Shown piece after piece: positions 28,726 through 32,000 of a stretch of DNA of 32,000 nucleotides. Below the pieces are notes generated by a model. That model worked only from the letters and a program-made list of their open reading frames with translations, did not search any database and was not told the origin of the DNA. A program made the translations under genes and the position numbers. Position 1 is the first letter of the stretch; every line of letters begins with the position of its first letter. Origin of the DNA: Nitrospinaceae bacterium (GTDB lineage Bacteria; Nitrospinota; Nitrospinia; Nitrospinales; Nitrospinaceae); contig OZ250172.1 in the NCBI GenBank assembly GCA_965237905.1, forward strand, positions 2,981,784-3,013,783. The letters are read 5' to 3'.

Positions 28726-29082
28726 AAGGTGATGATCAACGTGTTCGGGGCTCACAACGAGCAGAACCAGATGTTCAACCTGGACGGCCACCAATGGCGG
28801 CGGCATCTGAACCAGGAAGGTTCGGATATGATTGACGTCGAGGAATTTGGTAGTGGTGAATGAATCCAGGCGTTTCTCAGAAGCGGTGCGGGCGGGACGT
28901 ATCACAATCCCGGCACGTACCTGTGGCTGAACGCCCGGACGCCTTATCAGCAGGCAGGCCAGTGGGGTTATTTCAAGGTCATGCCGCAAGGCGACCGGTC
29001 CATTCTACCCTTGGGCGGTGCGACTCCGGGCAATTTGAAGTCCGCTTCCAAGCCGCAGGATGAACGGCTGTCGATGAAATAA
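28725..29082 (+). pseudogene. Decayed second copy of the multicopper oxidase C-terminus (in-frame TGA)
   Basis: VMINVFGAHNEQNQMFNLDGHQWRRHLNQEGSDMIDVEEFGSGE*IQAFLRSGAGGTYHNPGTYLWLNARTPYQQAGQWGYFKVMPQGDRSILPLGGATPGNLKSASKPQDERLSMK*, closely matching 27147-27502. Confidence 0.92.
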
Positions 29083-29114
29083 AAACTATTTCATCACTTC
29101 ATCTTGAATTAAGG

Positions 29115-29148
29115 GCAAGGGAACCTTCGGGTTCCCTTGCTTTTTTTT
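29115..29148 (+). terminator. Intrinsic terminator with UUCG tetraloop
   Basis: gcaagggaacc-ttcg-ggttcccttgc followed by a run of T. Confidence 0.92.
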
Positions 29149-29272
29149 GAATGACCGTTTTATCCTTGGAAGGAATTGGGGATTTCTCCAGGTATTCTGT
29201 TGATGCAACTTCAACCATTTTAAGTTATTCTTTTCCTATAAAGTCGAGCTGTTTTCCCTCCTGTAGATCATC

Positions 29273-30520
29273 TTGGAAATTTCAAAAGCCATGCGGAGAG
29301 CATTAGTAAATTTATTAATTTTCTTAGTATTGTCCTGGTTCTGGGTAGTCGCTGGGGTTGACGCTTCCTCGCAGAATGAGAATATAAGCCCCCTGGCCAG
29401 TCAGGGGCGGCCCTTGTTCCTGCATTACTGTGCCGCCTGCCATGGGGTATCCGGGGATGGAGATGGATACAATGCGGAGCAGTTGGAGAAGGAACCGGCG
29501 GAGCTCTCCAATAAAAAATTCATTGCCAAGAAGAAGGACAGCCAAATTTACCGGGTGATTAAATTCGGAGGCGAGGGGGTTAAGAAGTCACATTTAATGC
29601 CTGTATTCGGCCACACATTGTCTGAGGAGGAGATATGGTCCTTGGTTGCGTATGTCCGGCATCTGGCCGGGGATGAGGATCACCCGGTTACCCTTCCCGA
29701 TAATACTTCCAAAACCCGACCCGCAAACACACCTATATCACATGCTTCTTTGCAGGTTTTCAGGAACTGGTTTTCAAAGAAGGGCAAGGATCCATCCCTG
29801 ATTGATCAGGGAGAAAAGCTATTCCGAAAAAAGAAGAGCTGTTTTGCCTGCCATCAACTGGAGGACGAAGGCGGGCTTGTGGGGCCGGATCTTTCCCGCG
29901 CGGGTTTTTCATATACCCCTGAATGGATTTTTACCTGGATCGGCAATCCACAGAGCGTCAAACCGGAATCCAAAATGCCCAACCTCGGATTGGATGATGA
30001 AGAGTGTCGGGCGATCACGGCTTTTCTGGCCAGTCTCAAAGGCGCGGGAATCAAGAAAAAATGGGATGCTTATCTGACCCCTTCCGGTGATCCCGCCAAG
30101 GGGAAAAAACTGTTTTTCGATTCAGAAGGAAAGGCCAACTGTGGGAAATGCCATACGGTGAGTGGTCAGGGAGGCAAGGTCGGCCCTCACTTAAGCTTTG
30201 TAGGGACCAGCCGGATGAAGGCCTTTTTGTTGGAATCCATTTTGAATCCCAAGGCGGTGATCACCTCGGGATATTCTTCCATATTGATCCTGACCAAAAA
30301 GGGGAAGTTTGTTACGGGCGTGAAGATGAATGAAGATGATTCCTCGATTGACCTGATGGATAAGGAAGGAAACGCACTGCATATTTCCAAGGATGAGATT
30401 AAGAAATATAAAACTCAAAAAATTTCAATCATGCCTGGGAATTTCAAAGATATCCTCACCCAAGATGAAGTCCGCCACCTGCTGGCTTACCTGGGCACCC
30501 TCAAAATCTCCAACGACTGA
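29273..30520 (+). CDS. Exported triheme cytochrome c-type protein
   Basis: Three CxxCH motifs: CAACH, CFACH, CGKCH; signal peptide. Confidence 0.88.
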   Translation: MEISKAMRRALVNLLIFLVLSWFWVVAGVDASSQNENISPLASQGRPLFLHYCAACHGVSGDGDGYNAEQLEKEPAELSNKKFIAKKKDSQIYRVIKFGGEGVKKSHLMPVFGHTLSEEEIWSLVAYVRHLAGDEDHPVTLPDNTSKTRPANTPISHASLQVFRNWFSKKGKDPSLIDQGEKLFRKKKSCFACHQLEDEGGLVGPDLSRAGFSYTPEWIFTWIGNPQSVKPESKMPNLGLDDEECRAITAFLASLKGAGIKKKWDAYLTPSGDPAKGKKLFFDSEGKANCGKCHTVSGQGGKVGPHLSFVGTSRMKAFLLESILNPKAVITSGYSSILILTKKGKFVTGVKMNEDDSSIDLMDKEGNALHISKDEIKKYKTQKISIMPGNFKDILTQDEVRHLLAYLGTLKISND

Positions 30521-30541
30521 ACCCAGCCTCAAACAGTTATC

Positions 30542-31984
30542 TTATTCCAGTGTCATTTGGACCCAGGTTGAAATGGATTTTTGGGTTCCGGTCTCTTTTA
30601 CATTTCCGTCCCAGGCATTGATCGCGATGGGGATCGTTGCGCCAGCCTCAAACTGAACATCATTACTTTTATCAGAGGTGGTCAATTTCCGCTTCATGAC
30701 CAACTGGTATTGTCCATACCTGAAAATAACTTTGGATTGTACAAGTTGGCTGGCAGGCCGATGTTCACCCTGATGCTGGAGACCTTGAGCATACATTTCG
30801 GTGGTTTTGTTGGGACCGCTGAGCCATTGCCATAAATTGACCGGGTGGTCTTTATCTCCATTCAGGAAGTAGGGCAATGAACCATCGTCCGATTTGCCAG
30901 CTGGAAATTGAATGGCGATGGAGTCGGGATACTTCTGCGGCTTTGGAGCCTCAACGGGATATTTGGCTTCCTCGTCACCCAGCTCCGACTGGAATTCGGG
31001 GGGCAACGGCGGCGGCGGTGATTCCTGGACTTCTGCGATCGTTTTTAAAATGGGGTCGAAGGTGGGATCATCCCACCGCAGTTTGAACGCAATTTTATCT
31101 CCGTTGTAAATCGCTTGTACCCAGACGCTGTCTACGGTTGGGTAAAAATTTTTTTCCGCCGATAAAATTTGACCTCCCAGGGGAATATAGAAAGAAGGGA
31201 CACCTTTCCAGGCGACATCCTCCGGATTCAGAGGCAATGGGGTCTCTATCCTGGTGGCTTTTATTTCTCTGGCCATCCTGGGTTTTTTTGAATTGGACAA
31301 AGTGGTGACGTAGTAGGCTATATCCCAAATGTCCCTGTCTTTATAAATGCGTTTGGAATGTTGCGGCATCGCCGTCGTAGACAGCCCCGTCCGGATGGTG
31401 AGAAAGAGATCTTTGAGCGTACTGCCTCTCCGGAACGCCCAGAATTTGGTCAGGTTTCTAGGACGAATCGCGTCCGATTCAATATCAACATTCCGGTTAG
31501 TCGATTCTCCATCGCTTCGACCCTTTAGGCCATGACAGCCTGAGCAGGTTGCGTCAAAAAACGTTTTTCCACGGTCGAGACTTTGTTGATTAAATGACGG
31601 GGGAGGTTCGACCCTTGTCAGCTTATGAGTCTTCCCCTTTTTTTTAAATTTGGCAAACTTTTTGGAAAGCGTTTTCAAATATAACACGAGGCTTTTTAAG
31701 TCGACCTCAGGGAAATGTTTCCAGGAAGGCATGGTGGTACCGGGCATGCCTCGAACCAGCATTTGATACAAATCGTCATCGGTCGGAATTTTCCCAAAGG
31801 GAGTGGTTCGGAATTTATACTGGCCCTTGATAAAATTTCGCGGGCGCGGGCTGGAGTAAAACGCTGAAACGCCTTTGCCGCTCCCATCCTCCGCATGGCA
31901 GAAGACGCATTTTTCCATATAAACGAGTTTGCCCCGTTCTACCGAGGCCTCGGCAGGAGGGTTGGGAACCGTGGAGTGCTTCAT
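30542..31984 (-). CDS. Diheme cytochrome c fused to an ethylbenzene-dehydrogenase/NxrC-like heme-b-binding gamma-subunit domain; frame runs open to the window edge, so the true start may lie outside
   Basis: CVFCH and CSGCH heme sites; C-terminal VPSFYIPLGGQ...VWVQAIYNGDKIAFKLRWDDPTFDP...YPDSIAIQFP. Confidence 0.8.
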   Translation of the reverse strand: MKHSTVPNPPAEASVERGKLVYMEKCVFCHAEDGSGKGVSAFYSSPRPRNFIKGQYKFRTTPFGKIPTDDDLYQMLVRGMPGTTMPSWKHFPEVDLKSLVLYLKTLSKKFAKFKKKGKTHKLTRVEPPPSFNQQSLDRGKTFFDATCSGCHGLKGRSDGESTNRNVDIESDAIRPRNLTKFWAFRRGSTLKDLFLTIRTGLSTTAMPQHSKRIYKDRDIWDIAYYVTTLSNSKKPRMAREIKATRIETPLPLNPEDVAWKGVPSFYIPLGGQILSAEKNFYPTVDSVWVQAIYNGDKIAFKLRWDDPTFDPILKTIAEVQESPPPPLPPEFQSELGDEEAKYPVEAPKPQKYPDSIAIQFPAGKSDDGSLPYFLNGDKDHPVNLWQWLSGPNKTTEMYAQGLQHQGEHRPASQLVQSKVIFRYGQYQLVMKRKLTTSDKSNDVQFEAGATIPIAINAWDGNVKETGTQKSISTWVQMTLE

Positions 31985-32000
31985 GTTTTCGAAGATAAAT

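Overview
The window looks like a chromosomal segment from a Nitrospina-like bacterium or another nitrite-oxidiser relative; this is inferred from gene content and is not proven. Left part (1-11 kb) is mostly housekeeping: 5'-truncated secA, a DksA/TraR-type protein with a long Lys/Ala-rich histone-H1-like tail, a Dabb protein, a TerB/DnaJ protein, two tandem CNNM/CorC-type proteins, thiL, a CBS-pair protein, a DUF1566 lipoprotein-like protein and a sirtuin. The most interesting part is 11.19-14.58 kb. It holds a divergent MerR-type regulator with a textbook 19-bp-spacer operator/promoter, driving a tightly coupled operon: DUF169 protein, SAM methyltransferase, HgcA-like membrane corrinoid protein (NVWCAAAE cap-helix-like motif plus about 5 TM helices), a 62-aa Cys-rich peptide and a tandem YHS/TRASH-like Cys protein. 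There is no HgcB-like ferredoxin and no merA. Middle part (14.6-22.5 kb): HD hydrolase, orphan EcfT-like protein, a trypsin-like protease with a long C-terminal extension, MtfA-like peptidase, cysH, an HtrA/DegP protease, and repeat/rearrangement scars. Right part (22.6-32 kb): a giant 1632-aa multicopper oxidase, a cupredoxin-like protein, a decayed second copy of the multicopper oxidase C-terminus abutting a truncated ferritin-like gene, a triheme cytochrome c, and a diheme cytochrome c/heme-b-domain protein resembling NxrC-type gamma subunits. No tRNA, rRNA or CRISPR was recognised.
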